Shown: piece after piece, positions 10,464 through 24,383 of the stretch
Layout: each line of letters starts with the position of its first letter
Position numbering within the stretch: position 1 is the first letter of the stretch
Source of the DNA: a virus
Lineage: Duplodnaviria; Heunggongvirae; Uroviricota; Caudoviricetes
Length of the DNA stretch: 64,000 nucleotides
IMG/VR virus record: IMGVR_UViG_3300031992_004563
Coordinates: 137,798-201,797 of that record
Reading direction: 5' to 3' (one strand)
The notes under the pieces: model-generated
What the model saw: only the letters and a program-made list of their open reading frames with translations
The model's database searches: none
What the model was told of the DNA's origin: nothing
Translations under genes and position numbers: made by a program

Positions 10464-10503
10464 CTTCTATTTTTTAGATTGCATAAAAAGTATTAATTTT
10501 GCA
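10462..10503 (+). promoter_or_regulatory. 42-bp conserved early (host-sigma-type) promoter element, copy 1 of 7; others +24742, +27627, +29188 and minus-strand 46188-46229, 46438-46479, 49566-49607
   Basis: A(A/G)CTTCTATTTTTTA...AAAAAGTATTA(A/T)TTTTG(C/T)A containing the Bacteroidota -7 box TAnnTTTG. Confidence 0.8.
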
Positions 10504-10529
10504 TCATCAAATTAAAAACTGTTAAGAAT

Positions 10530-10985
10530 ATGAGCAAAATTTATATTGCAGGACCATTTTCAAAACCAGAGGAACGAGAGTCTCTTAAAAAAATGATTGA
10601 TATTGTATCAACTCGTTATTATCGTTTGGATTTATATATTCCTATGGAGTATAAAGTTCCTGGTGATTTTCAAAAACTTGATGGAACATGGAATCTTTCT
10701 AACCAAGAATGGGCTAGAAAAGTTTATGAAAATGATGTTAAACACCTTGACGAAGCCGAGGCTGTTTTTGCAATGTATGTTGGTCATTATTGTTCATCAG
10801 GAACTATTTGGGAAGTTGGATATGCAAATGGAAAAGGAATTCCTGTATATGCATATATTCCTGAGTGGGCAAAAGGTGAAAATGTATCATTAATGGTAAT
10901 GAATAGTTTTAAAGGATATATTGATGATAATGGATATATCCATAGATTTACCGATGAAGATTTAGCACAGTTTAACCAAAAATAA
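10530..10985 (+). CDS. Nucleoside 2-deoxyribosyltransferase / nucleotide N-glycosidase superfamily protein
   Basis: KIYIAGPF...DVKHLDEAEAVFA...SSGTIWEVGYA.GKGIPV. Confidence 0.8.
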   Translation: MSKIYIAGPFSKPEERESLKKMIDIVSTRYYRLDLYIPMEYKVPGDFQKLDGTWNLSNQEWARKVYENDVKHLDEAEAVFAMYVGHYCSSGTIWEVGYANGKGIPVYAYIPEWAKGENVSLMVMNSFKGYIDDNGYIHRFTDEDLAQFNQK

Positions 10986-11365
10986 AATAATATGGATAAA
11001 ACAAATAGAATTGGAAATATTGAGTATCGTCTTGCAACATCTAATGTTGAGAAAAATCAGCATTATATAGAAATTGTATGTTGGTGTCCAAACAGTTTGT
11101 ATGGTAAAGAAAATGAATTTGAAAAAAGCAATATTTCTGATAGTTGTAAAGCAAATGGTGTATTATATGATGATGAATGCTTTAAGCAACCAGAAATATG
11201 TTATACAGTTGCTACAATTAAAATTAAGGATAATCCAAATATTATAAGTTGTGGTTTACGTGCATTTCAGCTTAATGAACAAGATGAAAAAGATTTCAAA
11301 TTGGTTGTAAGATATGCATATCAATATGCAAACAAACTTTGGAAAGGATATACAGTAAAATTAGT

Positions 11366-11824
11366 ATGAAAAAAAGTTGGTTATATTATGGAGTATTTTT
11401 CTCCGACAAAACTAAAAGAGCACTTTTAGATTATGCCAAAAAATGGATGGATAGATATACATGTTCATCTGATCATACATTTGAATTTAGAGATGATTGG
11501 AAAATCTATTGTGACCATATGACATTAGTTTTTAATGATGGTTCAGAAAAAGCACAAGAAGATGCCAATTTCTATGAAAATATATTTTCAATGTTATGTG
11601 AAGTAGTTAGTTTGAGAATTACTCATATTGGTATATCTGATAAAGCTATTGCACTTAAAGTAGATTATCAAACATCCAATGAGATTTCTCATATTACTGT
11701 TGCAGTTGCTCCTGGTGTTAAACCAGTTGAAAGTAATAATATTAAAAATTGGTATGAAACTGATGGTGCATTTTATGTAAGTGGCCAAGTTCATAAAGTA
11801 GAAACAAGTGTTAAAATAAAATAA
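11366..11824 (+). CDS. 2H phosphoesterase (tRNA-ligase CPDase-like)
   Basis: Two HxT motifs (DHMTLVF; SHITVAVAPGVKPVESN); ATG overlaps the previous TGA. Confidence 0.75.
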   Translation: MKKSWLYYGVFFSDKTKRALLDYAKKWMDRYTCSSDHTFEFRDDWKIYCDHMTLVFNDGSEKAQEDANFYENIFSMLCEVVSLRITHIGISDKAIALKVDYQTSNEISHITVAVAPGVKPVESNNIKNWYETDGAFYVSGQVHKVETSVKIK

Positions 11825-12579
11825 TCATGAAAAAGAATCAAACAAAACTAACGTGGCAAGATGTTTATAAGCTTCCACTGAGACAAGAAGAAGCTGCGCC
11901 TTTTATGGTTATGACAGCTGATAATCAACGTGCATTTGATTTTGAATGGCCGGCATTGGATACATATGAAAAAGATTCGCATATTGATGGTAAATCTATT
12001 TTAGTTATTATTGAAAAGCTAAATGGTAATAATAGCATTATCTTAGAGAATTATTATAATTTTAGTTATCATGATGGTGAGATTTGGGCATTTAGCACTA
12101 AAGCTAAAAAGAAAAAACATATTATGCTAATTCGTGGATGGGGACATCTTACTGGAACTGGTGGTTTGCATCTTTCTGAAAGCGCTGCTGCAAAAATTCA
12201 AGATGATTTTGGTAACTTTATTGTTGAAACTTTAAATCATTAATTGCCATGGAAGAAAAATTAGAAAAAGTGAATACTCTAATTTCTTTGGGATTTAAAA
12301 AGACATCAGATTGTAAATTAAACAATATTAAATTATCATTTGGCGGTGTTAATTCATCTCAAATAGAAGTTGTAGTACGTTAATATTGATAAATTAGTAA
12401 TTTAATTCGTAACAATATGGCAAATATAGATTTAACAAAAATCCCCACGTGGGTACTCAGAACACAATTAATGTCTATATATGGTGATGGTAAATACACA
12501 GAAACACCAGAATATAGAAAAGCATATAAAGAGATACAATCAGAATTAAAAAGACGTTCAACTATTAATCAATAATATT

Positions 12580-12807
12580 ATGCAAGAAGAAACTTGGATG
12601 AGGCAAAAGCTTATGGATGAAGAAGGTTATAAGCCTTATTGTGGAAATCCCAATTGTCCTGAAATGCCTAGAACATATTTTAGTTTAAGGAGAAAACAAT
12701 TTATTTGTCCGTGTTGTGGGTGGGAAAGCAAATATCCAAAAGATTTTGTTAAAAGATATATTAAAAAATGGAATATTTATATACCTAAAGAATATTTAAA
12801 TAATTAA
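12580..12807 (+). CDS. Small zinc-ribbon protein
   Basis: CGNPNC...CPCCG. Confidence 0.65.
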   Translation: MQEETWMRQKLMDEEGYKPYCGNPNCPEMPRTYFSLRRKQFICPCCGWESKYPKDFVKRYIKKWNIYIPKEYLNN

Positions 12808-14757
12808 AATTATGAAAGTAAAATTTATAAATGAAGTATTCAATACTTCAAAAGAGGTAGAATTTAATCCTAAAGAGATTGCCAAGAAATATCTTGAGGA
12901 AAATAAAAATGATCATACATCAGTTATTAATGATCTTAGTTTTGGTGGATATTATGAAGAGGATTTAACTTCTTATATTGAAGAACTTTTAAATGAAACT
13001 GCAGAAAATGATTATACATATGATTTTGAAGATTATATGAATCTTATGGAAGCAGTAAAAGATTGTATTATACATTAAAAATTAAAAATTATGGAAGAAA
13101 ATAAAAAATTAGTAATGGGTCATGTAATCCTTTACGCAAAGGGCTGGTATAAACGTAGTAATGAAGTATGGAAAGATTATCGCCGTGCTATTATTTGTGA
13201 TGGGCGATATACCGCATATACCCGTCATGATGTTGCTCAATTGCTTTTAGCTTATATTCTTGAAAATGCTACAAAGCTAAATAAAGGACATCTTTCTGAT
13301 CCTCTTTACATTTCCGAAGAAATTCGTAAAAATCTTGGTTATCTTTATTATTGGAAAGAGAATGATACATCAAAACTAAAGAAACGCCGTGGTATGGATC
13401 TTGAAAATATTGATGCAGAAGGCATGTATGATAATGCGGTTATTATGACATGTCATTATATTATGGAGTTTTCTGATGTAAGCGTATTTGATAAGATTTT
13501 AGCACCATCTGAAAAAGTAATGCCATTGAAACATCCTGAGCCAGATTATAAAAATGAATTATTTGATGGTAAAAACTGGTTTGATGATGAAAATAATGAT
13601 ACTAAATGGTTTTATGAGCATTTTGATAGAAATCATAATTTAAAAGATGCCATTAAAGATAAGGAATTGGTGTATTTAGATGAAGATGAAACAATAGCAG
13701 CATAATTTTATATAATTATAAATTTTGATAATATATGGTACGCGAACTTAGAACATTAGTCGTTACAGAAGAACGACACCCAAATGAAACAGATGTTTGG
13801 GATGCATGGAACTTTGCAAATGAGAAACACTGTTATGTTGAACTTAAATGGTTTGTTCCTCATTATGGTTGGAAAGTTTGGTTTATTGATCCAGATAAAA
13901 ACACTATTGAGGAAATGCTACAAAACCTGCATATAATGGGAGATTGATATTATGGAAGTAACATTTATTGAAAAACATAACTATAAAGCAGATATTGATT
14001 TTAATGCAATTAAACGTTGCATTAAAATTGATTTAGAAAAGAAATATCAAGAAACCGAGATTTCAGGTGAAATGATATATTCTGCATTTATAAAAAATCC
14101 AGAATATTATCTTACTCATCTTGGTTATTTGTCTAAATTATCAGATGTAAATGATAATTATACAGTTATAAAAACTATCATGGATAAGTTTTTTATATTC
14201 TGTATGCAAAATACACAACCATGTTTTTATGTTCTTAAAGGCGGTGAAGTATTAGCAAGTTATGAGGATAAAGATATGGCAAAACTTTATGCTCACCGAA
14301 TGGATGGATACATAATTGAAGTAAAATAAGTTATGGGAATAATTCATAATATAGCATTATTTTTTGGTTATGCATTTTTAATTTTAATATGCATAGGAGT
14401 TTTATGGTCAATATTTTATTGGATTCGTCATTTTTGTAAAATAATTGGAATTTATATTACCACAAACTTTTCAAAAATCAAAGATAATGGATACACATAT
14501 AGAATTGAGTATAAGTATCTAAACTATAATTGCTTTATGTTTGATGCATTTAAAGATTGGTTTTATGTAATAAGACGAAAATCATCTTGTGAAAGACAAA
14601 TTGAATATCTTAAATCATCAAATTTAAAATCAAATTGTCCTGATAAATTTGGAATTGATAAAGACAATTATGGATATGATATTTGTAAGTATAAAACATT
14701 TAATGAAGCTAAAAATGTTTTAGATAATTGGCTAGCAACTAACAAGGAAACATTATA

Positions 14758-15333
14758 ATGAATTTAAAATCAAAAATAGATGAACCATTTTCCGTAGCAG
14801 GAACGGTATCAAATAAGATTTTAATATTTGATATTGATGATACGCTTATATATAGTAATGCAACTATATATGTAGTGAAAGATGGTAAACGAATTAAAGA
14901 ACTTACTCCGGCTGAATATAATGAATATGTTTGGCAGGAAGGTGAGTCCTTTGATTATTCTAATTTTGATTCTTCTAAATTATTAAATAGTGCCAATTTT
15001 ACAAAATATTGGGATACATTAAAACGAGAATATGCAAAAGGAACACATATTGCAATATTAACTGCAAGAGGCAAACCAGTAATGATTAGAAAATTCTTTT
15101 TGAATAATGGGATTGATATTAAAGATGATTTGATATTTTGTTGTGCATATTCAAAATTTCCTTGGAAAGGCCCAATTCAATATAAAAAAGCAAAAGTTAT
15201 TGAATACTTAATGCTACTTGGATATAATACATTCGTATTTTTTGATGATAATTTAAATAATCTTAAAAGCGCAAAACAACTTGAAGAATTATACCCAGCA
15301 ATAAAAATAATAACAGTTCATGCAAAAATTTAA
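14758..15333 (+). CDS. HAD-family phosphatase
   Basis: FDIDDTL, ILTARG, FFDD motifs. Confidence 0.8.
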   Translation: MNLKSKIDEPFSVAGTVSNKILIFDIDDTLIYSNATIYVVKDGKRIKELTPAEYNEYVWQEGESFDYSNFDSSKLLNSANFTKYWDTLKREYAKGTHIAILTARGKPVMIRKFFLNNGIDIKDDLIFCCAYSKFPWKGPIQYKKAKVIEYLMLLGYNTFVFFDDNLNNLKSAKQLEELYPAIKIITVHAKI

Positions 15334-16747
15334 TAAGATTATGGAAAAAACTAATGAAAAAGACGCCAATATTTCTATTGGTAAATATGGTGTAGAATAT
15401 ATTGATTTAAGTACACCGGAGGTTCAAGGCAAATTTGGACATGATAGAATTGACGCATTAACTAAACCTGGATATTATAAACTTCCATTTAGAACATATA
15501 TGCCAGATGGAATAAGAAATATTGTTGTAAATGTTGTAAGCGTTTTTTCTTGTGAGCATTTGGATCAAAATATTGTATGTTATGATGGTGATTTTACGTG
15601 GGTATTTTATTACAATGGAAGTGAACGTTGTTTTAAACCTAATTGGGAGGATGATCCATTAGAGGATGTATATAATTGGATGGATTTGGAACGTGCTGAA
15701 GAAGATTATGAGGATGACATTGAAATTAATGCAATTAATCCAGATTATGAAAAATGGTGGAAATGTATGACTATGCCATTGCAGGATGTTCCACAAGAAG
15801 ATTTGGAATGGGCTGCAAGTCAAGACCAATTTAATTCTTATACTTCTAAGAATGGATTTTTAGCTGAAATTGAAAGGAGAAAAAATAATGGCAACATTTA
15901 AATTTAAAATAACACTAGATTGTGGGTATTCATATATTCATAAAATTTCTGCAAGTAATAAATTAGATGCATTTGCAAAAATTAAAGCATTTATTAAATC
16001 AAGATATGCAAGTCCTGATTTTATTAAATATGAACTTACAAACATTTATAAAACGAGCAATATTATGAATAATGACAAAACTGAAAATATAATCAATTAT
16101 GATTATGAAGGATGGCCAGAGTATAAAAAATCTATTAAGGATTTAATTATTGCTTTTGGTGGAGTTTATAATAAAGAGACTAAAAAATGGGAAATTCCTG
16201 ATAGTGGAGATCTTAATACATGCCCAATACTTATAGAAGATGATGGTATGGGGTATGGTGTTAATGAACGCTATATTATACATGTTGATTTTGATAGAGT
16301 GTCTCAGATTTGTCATGTTTGGCATGATGCTGAACTTAAGTATGCACCAATTTATGCAGAACTTGGTGTTCATCCAGGTGCAATAGTTAAAATAAATGGT
16401 GAAGAATATACAATTGAAGATATAATTGTAGAAGATCAAGAACAAGGCAAAATAAAGATTCAAGCAGCCGTATGGGACTTTAAAGCACTTGAGAAAGCAC
16501 ATAAAAATAAAGAGAAATATACTCCAAAACGAGAGTTATTTGATCCTGAAATTATTGAAAAAAGTGTTAAAGGTGATATAGTAAATATCGATTCTCATGA
16601 AATTGAATAATAAATATTCAAATGGATTAGAAACTTTATCGAAATATTATATGTGCAGTTTCCCAGAGCGTCAAAAAGATGCTTTAGGAATCTGACGTTT
16701 TTACAAATGATAATGAACTAAATGAAGATTTAGTTATTAGTCAAACA

Positions 16748-17038
16748 ATGAGAGAAAAATATCCTGGTTTAAATGATGAATTAGTTATTGAATTAAAAAA
16801 TCGTTTGAAAAAGGGAGAAGTTAAATTCTCATTTAGAAAATTAAATGATAAATTAAGACGAGCCAGAGGAACAGTTGATTTAAATACTATTCTTAAAGAA
16901 AATCCAGATTTTGGAGAATGGGATAAAGAATATCAACCACTTAAATTAAAAAATCCATATGTAATTAGGTATTATGATCTGGATAAGAAAAATTGGCGAA
17001 GTTGTGATGTTAGTAGATTATTAATTATTATAGAATGA
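16748..17038 (+). CDS. SH3-like (WYL_2/DUF2693-like) small protein
   Basis: VKFSFRKLNDKLRRARGT...YYDLDKKNWRS. Confidence 0.6.
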   Translation: MREKYPGLNDELVIELKNRLKKGEVKFSFRKLNDKLRRARGTVDLNTILKENPDFGEWDKEYQPLKLKNPYVIRYYDLDKKNWRSCDVSRLLIIIE

Positions 17039-17859
17039 AAAAGAGGAGAAAATTAAATTTTCCTCTTTTTATTTTCTATTAAACTTTTCAAAAATTTTAT
17101 TTACAATAATTAAAAAATTTTATATTTTTTATGGAACCAAAAGATTTAGTTGGAAAATATGTCCATTTTAAAGATAATCCACATCTTAGTATATCTACAC
17201 TAAATGGCGGACTTACATTATTATCACCAACATCATTATTTTATTTAAAAATAGAAACTGCTGAAAAATATAAAGATACTCAATTTATTTTATTAACTGG
17301 AACACTTGTTAATAGTTTTGGAGAGCCTCAGTTATTTTCTAATGAATTTATAAATCCGTCAGATTTTGATATGAATGGTGGCAAAGCGGATGATGAAATA
17401 CAACCAATAATTGCACATATTGCAAATCCAGATTTTCTTGAAGTTGACGAAATTGATGATGGAATTATTATATATGAATTTGATTCGAAAAATAATGTTT
17501 TTAAACAATATAAAGAAAAAATATATGTTCCATGTATAGTAAGTCGTGATGAATTGTCTAAACTATTTACTGAAGAAAATGGTTTGTCTTTTAGATATTT
17601 TTTTGGTTTGCCTTTTGTCTGTTTACCTGTTATATATGATAATAATGATGAAGGAAAAGTTATTTGTTATGGAACAACTATTTTTCAAAATGGCGATAAA
17701 ACATATAAACATAATTTAGTACAATTATATTATTCAAAAACCCAAAATCTAGTTGAATATGGATTAATTATTTCTAAATATTTAGATATTCCTTTTTATT
17801 ATGGACAATTAGATTTTGACAAAAGTCTATTAGGACTAAAAATTTAAAATAATTATAAA

Positions 17860-18840
17860 ATGAAATACGAGATAGAAATTAATAATGAAGTAAAAACAGT
17901 TGAAGTAAAGGATAAACAAGTTATTCTCCTTCTTCAAGGCTGTCCTGCATCTGGAAAATCTACATTTGCAGAAAAATTATTCCAAGCATCTAAAGAACAT
18001 GAAAATACTTTAGAAGATCACAAAAACAAATTTGTGATTGTTTGTCGTGATGATATTCGGACAGCTAAAGGAATTGACCAACGAGATTTTTCAAGAGAAA
18101 ATGAAGTAACTAAAGAACAAATGAGACAGATTCATGAAATTATGGATCTTGGATATTCTGTTATTGTTGCTGATACTAACCTTAATCCAAAATACTTCCA
18201 TATTTGGGATGAACTTGCTAAAGAATATAATGCAGAAGTTCAAAAGCTTTTAATTTATATTCCATATTGGGAAGCAGTTAAGCGTGATAAAGCTAGAGAT
18301 CGCCATGTTGGACATAGAGCAATTGAAAAATTTTATAGATTATATTTTCCAGATAGATTAAAAGAAGAATTAACAGATAAACGCCCAATTAATGAATCAT
18401 ATAGCATGATGGCAGAAGATTGTGTTATTTGTGATCTTGATGGAACTATTGCATTGCATCAAGGAAGATCTCCATATGAATGGGATAAAATTCCTTCAGA
18501 TAAAATGGATGTTAGAATGGCACGTATACTTCAAAATTATTATGAACAAGGTGTTAATATTATCTTTTTATCAGGTCGTCCAGAACATGTGTATGCAACA
18601 ACAATGCAATGGCTTAATGATTCATTAGATAAATTAGGATTTGATTTAAATTATCAATTAATTTTAAGATCGGAAACTGATAATAGAAAAGGCGCAATAA
18701 CCAAAAAAGATTTATATGAAAAATTAATTGCTGAACATGGTTATAATGTCCTTTGTGTATTTGAAGATTCTAATTCTTGTGTTGAAATGTGGAGAAGTCT
18801 TGGTCTATTAACTTGCCAAGTAGCAAATGGAGATTATTAA
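17860..18840 (+). CDS. pseT: Polynucleotide kinase-3'-phosphatase (T4 PseT-like)
   Basis: GCPASGKST P-loop, RDDIR, DTNLN; HAD domain CDLDGT, LSGR, VFED. Confidence 0.9.
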   Translation: MKYEIEINNEVKTVEVKDKQVILLLQGCPASGKSTFAEKLFQASKEHENTLEDHKNKFVIVCRDDIRTAKGIDQRDFSRENEVTKEQMRQIHEIMDLGYSVIVADTNLNPKYFHIWDELAKEYNAEVQKLLIYIPYWEAVKRDKARDRHVGHRAIEKFYRLYFPDRLKEELTDKRPINESYSMMAEDCVICDLDGTIALHQGRSPYEWDKIPSDKMDVRMARILQNYYEQGVNIIFLSGRPEHVYATTMQWLNDSLDKLGFDLNYQLILRSETDNRKGAITKKDLYEKLIAEHGYNVLCVFEDSNSCVEMWRSLGLLTCQVANGDY

Positions 18841-21800
18841 TTATGAGTAATAAAGAATTAAAAAGATGTCATTACATTTATAAAAAGAAAAATGAATGGG
18901 ATGAGTCACTAAGTGAATCTGAACAAAAGTTTTTAGATGAACATTTTGATGAATATTGGAATTCAGATTGGAGAATATCTGAAATTAGTTCAGAAGTTAT
19001 GAATAGAAATATTTTAAAAGAAATGGGTTATTGCTTATGATTTGTTGGCTAGCTAGAGAAAAGGATGGAAGATTATATATGTTTAGAGATGAACCAAAAC
19101 TTACATTTATTGATTTAGATACAAGTGAACATTATGATACTGGAAATTGTGATTATGAATGGGATTTATCTCAGGAACATATAGAATTGCATCCAAATAC
19201 ATATTTAAAAGTTCTTAAAGGAACAAAAAGAAAAATAGATTGTAAAATTAAATTATTATAATATGAGTAAAGGCAAACCAAGACATAATCCTTATAAGTC
19301 AGCAAATATGACAAATCCGCATTGTCCTTGTTATGAGGTAATCAATGGCAAAGGCTATTGTTCAAGTAATGGCCCAGCTAATCCTAAATGTGGCGGTAAT
19401 GTTCATAATTGTGTAAAAGTTCAATATCAACAACTAGCAATAAAAAATAATAAGTAATATGGCAAGTAGAATAGGAGTATATCCAAACATACCAATGGCT
19501 GAAATTGTAACACTTGGAGATGATGGAAATTATTACATAGAAGATGCTTTCGGACATAAACGTATGTTGTGGGAATGGGAAGTGCAAGAATTACCACCAA
19601 GTTTTAATAAAGAAAATGGGCATATAGATTATGAAAAATGAAAAAATTGGTTCATTGAAATTTTATGAACTTTTTACTGAAATGGCAAGAAAACAAGGCA
19701 AACTACATGTAATAGATTTAAATGAATTTTGCAAGCATGAAAAAGATGGAACTAATTGAAGAACATAATAAAGATTTAAAAAGATATGGTAAATCTATTT
19801 TATCACATGAAGATGATGAAAATGATTCAATGAAAGATTATAAATTTTCTATTTCTCAACATGATGATGAAAGCTATTATGGAAGTGATGATTATTATGA
19901 GCCTATGAGGCATTTTAAAGATTAAAAATGATTTTAAAAATATGATGGATAATTATAAAAATATGAATATTAAAATTGAAGAGAATTCAATTTTAATAAA
20001 TGAAAATGAATATAAACAAAATGAAATTAAAGGCGTTCTTAGGCAACCTATTGATAAAGAACTTCATGAAAAATATAATAAAAAATATTTAATATTAACA
20101 AATAGTAATAGCCCAATTGCAAAAGATGGAATCAATAAGGTATTTTGGTCAGAACATTTTCAAACATATGTTGCAAGTGAATGGTAAAATATTAAAAAAT
20201 AAAATATATGGAAAAGATAATTAAAGATTCAATTGAAGAAAGTTATAGAGACTACCAAGAGGGTTCTATTGGAATGGATGAAAATGAGCACTGGGCCCAT
20301 GAGGAAGGATGGAAAGATGGTTATGAATGGATTCTTACCGAGTTAACAATCAATAATGAAATCTCTCCAGAAATTATGAAAAAATACATGGATAAAATTT
20401 ATTAAAAATACTAAAAATTATGTTGAGATATTTAAGATATTTTATACCGGATGGCATAGATGAAAAGGGAAAATTCTGGTATGGTGTCGGTAGTGAAAAC
20501 TATGACAAATATTATACTTTTTCAGAATGGTTAAAGGCTGTAAGTGCTTCATCATATCATCATGGAGATATGATAGTAGACAAACCATTATTTAAATTAT
20601 GGCGCAGTTGGACATTTAATATAACATATGATATTTGTGGTTATTTCAGTCCATATCCAGAAATAAACATTTCAATGTTTGGATTTCATTTTTGCTTTGT
20701 TCTCCCATTTAGAAATAATTGGACAGATGAATGTGATCCTCCTAGATATGGAATAGCAGTTCATAGTGATACATTTTGGATTTATTTAGGTGGCAAAGGC
20801 AATATGGGAGGTGGAACCAAATGGTGGACTTGGAGTATCCCATTTTTTACAAAAATTCATGTAAGACATGATGTTGAATGTAATATTGATGGAGAAATAA
20901 AGATGATTCCATATAAAAATCTTGAAAGCCGTGGTAAAGATTATATTCCTCTTAAAGAAAATAAATTAGTTAATGTTCATACTTATGATTATACCGATAT
21001 GTATGACGGAGAAGTTATTCCATGCAAATATTGGGTAGAAGAAAGAGAATGGCGACCAAAATGGCTGACATGGACGGGGTTTTTTAAAGATGTTAGAAAA
21101 TACATTGAAATTGAATTTGACAAAGAAGTCGGTAAAAGGAAAGGTTCTTGGAAAGGTGGTTGTATTGGATGTAGTTATGATTTGAAACCAGGCGAAACAC
21201 CTGAAGAATGTTTAAAACGAATGGAAAAAGAAAGAAAATTTTAATAATTAATAATATGAAAGAACAAGATTATATAAAAGCATTTCAATTAACGCTTGAT
21301 GAAATTATTGAAAGCAAATTTGATATGTCTATTGATTGGACAGCACGGTATAAAGAATGTATTGAAAAGGCCGTAGATATAAGATTTAAAGAGTTTATAA
21401 AAACATTCACAATAAACAAAATAATGAGTAGCATTGTAATAACAATTCCCAAGAGGATTAAATGGGAAGATTATGAAAAAGAACTAAAACAAGTTGAAGA
21501 TGAAAGTTATGAAATGAACTATCGTCTTCCAACATTGCCTAAAGATGTACATATAGGTGATAGATGTTATATTTGTCATGATGGGTTTATTAAGGGATGG
21601 ATGAAGATATCACATATAGGTGAAAGAAATGGATTTAATTGCACCACTACCGGTAAAGCCTGGAGTGATGGATATTATGTATCCAGAACAGGAAAGTTCC
21701 ATTATTTAAAAACAGAAATTCCAATGAAAGGCTTCATGGGATATAGAAAATTAGAAAAAGATTATGAATAAAGAAGAGAATATTGTTTATATCCAATTAG

Positions 21801-24225
21801 ATAATTGGTATGATATGGGAGAAGCAACCCAATATCTTGAAGAGTTAGAAAATGGTGAGCATGATGGTGAGATAAATTACACAGATGTTTGGTATGATAT
21901 GGCAATTATACATTGCATAACTACAACTAAAGATTATGTGAAAGAACACCCTGAGCTTGAAAAACACATTGAAAATCTTGAGTATCATGATACATTTGCG
22001 AGTTATTATCCTAAATATGATCCAAATAATTTTGGGTGTAATTGGTATGGTGAGTATCAAGGCTGGGCCCCATATAAAGAGTTTAATAAACAATTATGGG
22101 ATCATCTTAAAGCAACAGGTCAAATTGATGAAAATGGAAAAATAATAACAAATACACCAGAAAATAAAAAGAATTAATATGAACACATTTCAAATTGTAG
22201 GTTTTATATTATTAGGAATTATTGTATTTTTATTTTTAATTTCATATATTGCAATAATTCGTGAATGGAATCATATAAAATCTGGTGATAAAGGTATTTA
22301 TATTGATGGCTCTTGGATAAGCGGTGAATTTACTGTTATCCATAAAACTAAAAATTTTATTATTATTAAATATTTTGATGATACTACTGAAACTATTTTA
22401 AAAGATAGTTATATAGATGGCATAAAATCTTTTACATGGCATAAAAATAAAAAATAATATAGAAATATAAGTAAATTAATTAATGTATATGCAGGTATGC
22501 ATCTTACACCTGACCAAGAACGAGAAATGTTTATTCAATCTTTTCATTATATTTTAGAAAAAATTGATCCATTTATTCAAAGTCATTATTTTGACGAATT
22601 ATATGAGAAAGATGAACGAATGATGGGTAATGTTGAAGATGGTATGGAGCGATTAAATCAAATGTGTGATTATATTAAAGATGGTTTTTGGGATTAAAAT
22701 AAATTAAAAATAATATGAGTTGTCCAAAAGGAATGAAAGAAATTATACCACATGGTGGTGCTAAAAATAGAAATATTAGAATATATAACATATTAAAATA
22801 TGTTAATTATGTGCTAGAAGAATCAAATTTACCACATATTGATCCTGATGATATTAATGAATATACAATGAATAGTATTTATCATGAATTTGATTGGGAA
22901 CCTTTGTGGGAAAGATATGGTGATTAATTATGAAAATTAAACATAAAATAAGAATATTAAAATATAATGATTCTAAATATATTATTTACATGCGTAAATA
23001 TTTTTTTAGAATTATACCATATTGGTCTAAACATAAAACATTTAATAATTACAAATTTAAAGAAATTTATAATTATGCAGATGAGTTGGCAAAACAACAA
23101 TATCCACATATATTAGAAATCAAATATAAGAAATCATGATATTAGAAAACCCAAATATTGAAATACTTAAAGATGGAACTCAAAAAATATCAGATTCATA
23201 TGGTAATCTTTTAAAAATGAAAGAACAATATGGTAATAGATTTGAGATAGAAGAACCAAAAAATAGACCATTTGATGAATATGAAGATGGCTATTGGTGT
23301 GAACCATTTATTTATACTATAGAAGGAGATGATGAAATTCATATGATTTTTATTATTCCAGAATCATTAAGAGATATTTTAAAACCTGGAATATATAAAA
23401 AGAAACACAGAGAAAATACATATTCTTGTTTTGCAGATTATGTTGAATATGAAGGCGGTAAGACATATGAGGCCCAAACAATGGGTGGATCAGGTGATCC
23501 AGAATATGGATTTTTATTTCTATTATCAGAAGTAGAAAATGCATTATGTAATATTGATGATTATTATCATAATATTAAAGAAACTAATGAAAATAAATGG
23601 GATAAATGGGATATAAGAACTGCAAAATATAATAAAGCATATTTAGAGTTATTGCCTTTTTGTGTAAAAAGAATTGGATATTTAAAACCAGAATAAACTT
23701 ATGAAATACAATTTTGAAAATAAAAGTTTTGAAAATATTTTTGAATATGGTTTAAAACTTGCGCAAGAAAAATCAAAATATTGCAAAACATTTTTTAAAT
23801 CATATATAGAATATATTATACAGAAAAATCCAAATCTTTCAAAAGAAGATGCTATTATACGAGCAAAAGATAATTTTGGGTATTATGCTGGATATTATAG
23901 TATAGAAACACGTAAATTAATTGCTGATACATATAAAGCATTTCATCTAGATTTTGGAGATAGATATGATTTAAGTTCACATGAAGTATTTATGATGGGT
24001 TATAATAAAGCTAATGGAACATATATTAAAACATTTTATAATAATACTGAATTATGAAATATGTTATTGAATTAAAAAATGACAATGAAAAAAATAATTT
24101 CATTGAATTATTAAAACGCGGAATGGCATATTGTGATGAGCATTATAGGCAATATCGTGCAATAGATAATATATATAAAAATGTTATGTCACAATTGAAT
24201 ATAAAAAAGAAATAATAGTGTAATT

Positions 24226-24381
24226 ATGTGTATTTGGACCCTTTTAGGTGTAATTGGAGGATTTATCTTTTCACCAATAGTAGCAGCATTAATAATGTTA
24301 GATGTGCCATATCATGGCATTATTATTTTATGCATGTTTCTAATAGAAATATTTTTTATGGTTAAAAGTAAAGATAAATGA
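24226..24381 (+). CDS. Two-TM micropeptide (51 aa, MCIW...)
   Basis: MCIWTLLGVIGGFIFSPIVAALIMLDVPYHGIIILCMFLIEIFFMVKSKDK. Confidence 0.6.
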   Translation: MCIWTLLGVIGGFIFSPIVAALIMLDVPYHGIIILCMFLIEIFFMVKSKDK

Positions 24382-24383
24382 TT

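Larger units (their letters stand above)
9625..17038 (+). other. Cluster of ~18 closely packed small co-oriented genes, mostly hypothetical
   Basis: ORF-track genes abut with A-rich ..TTATG/ATATG starts and TAA/TGA stops; no TAG-broken frames seen; terminator ~17040-17070. Confidence 0.8.
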
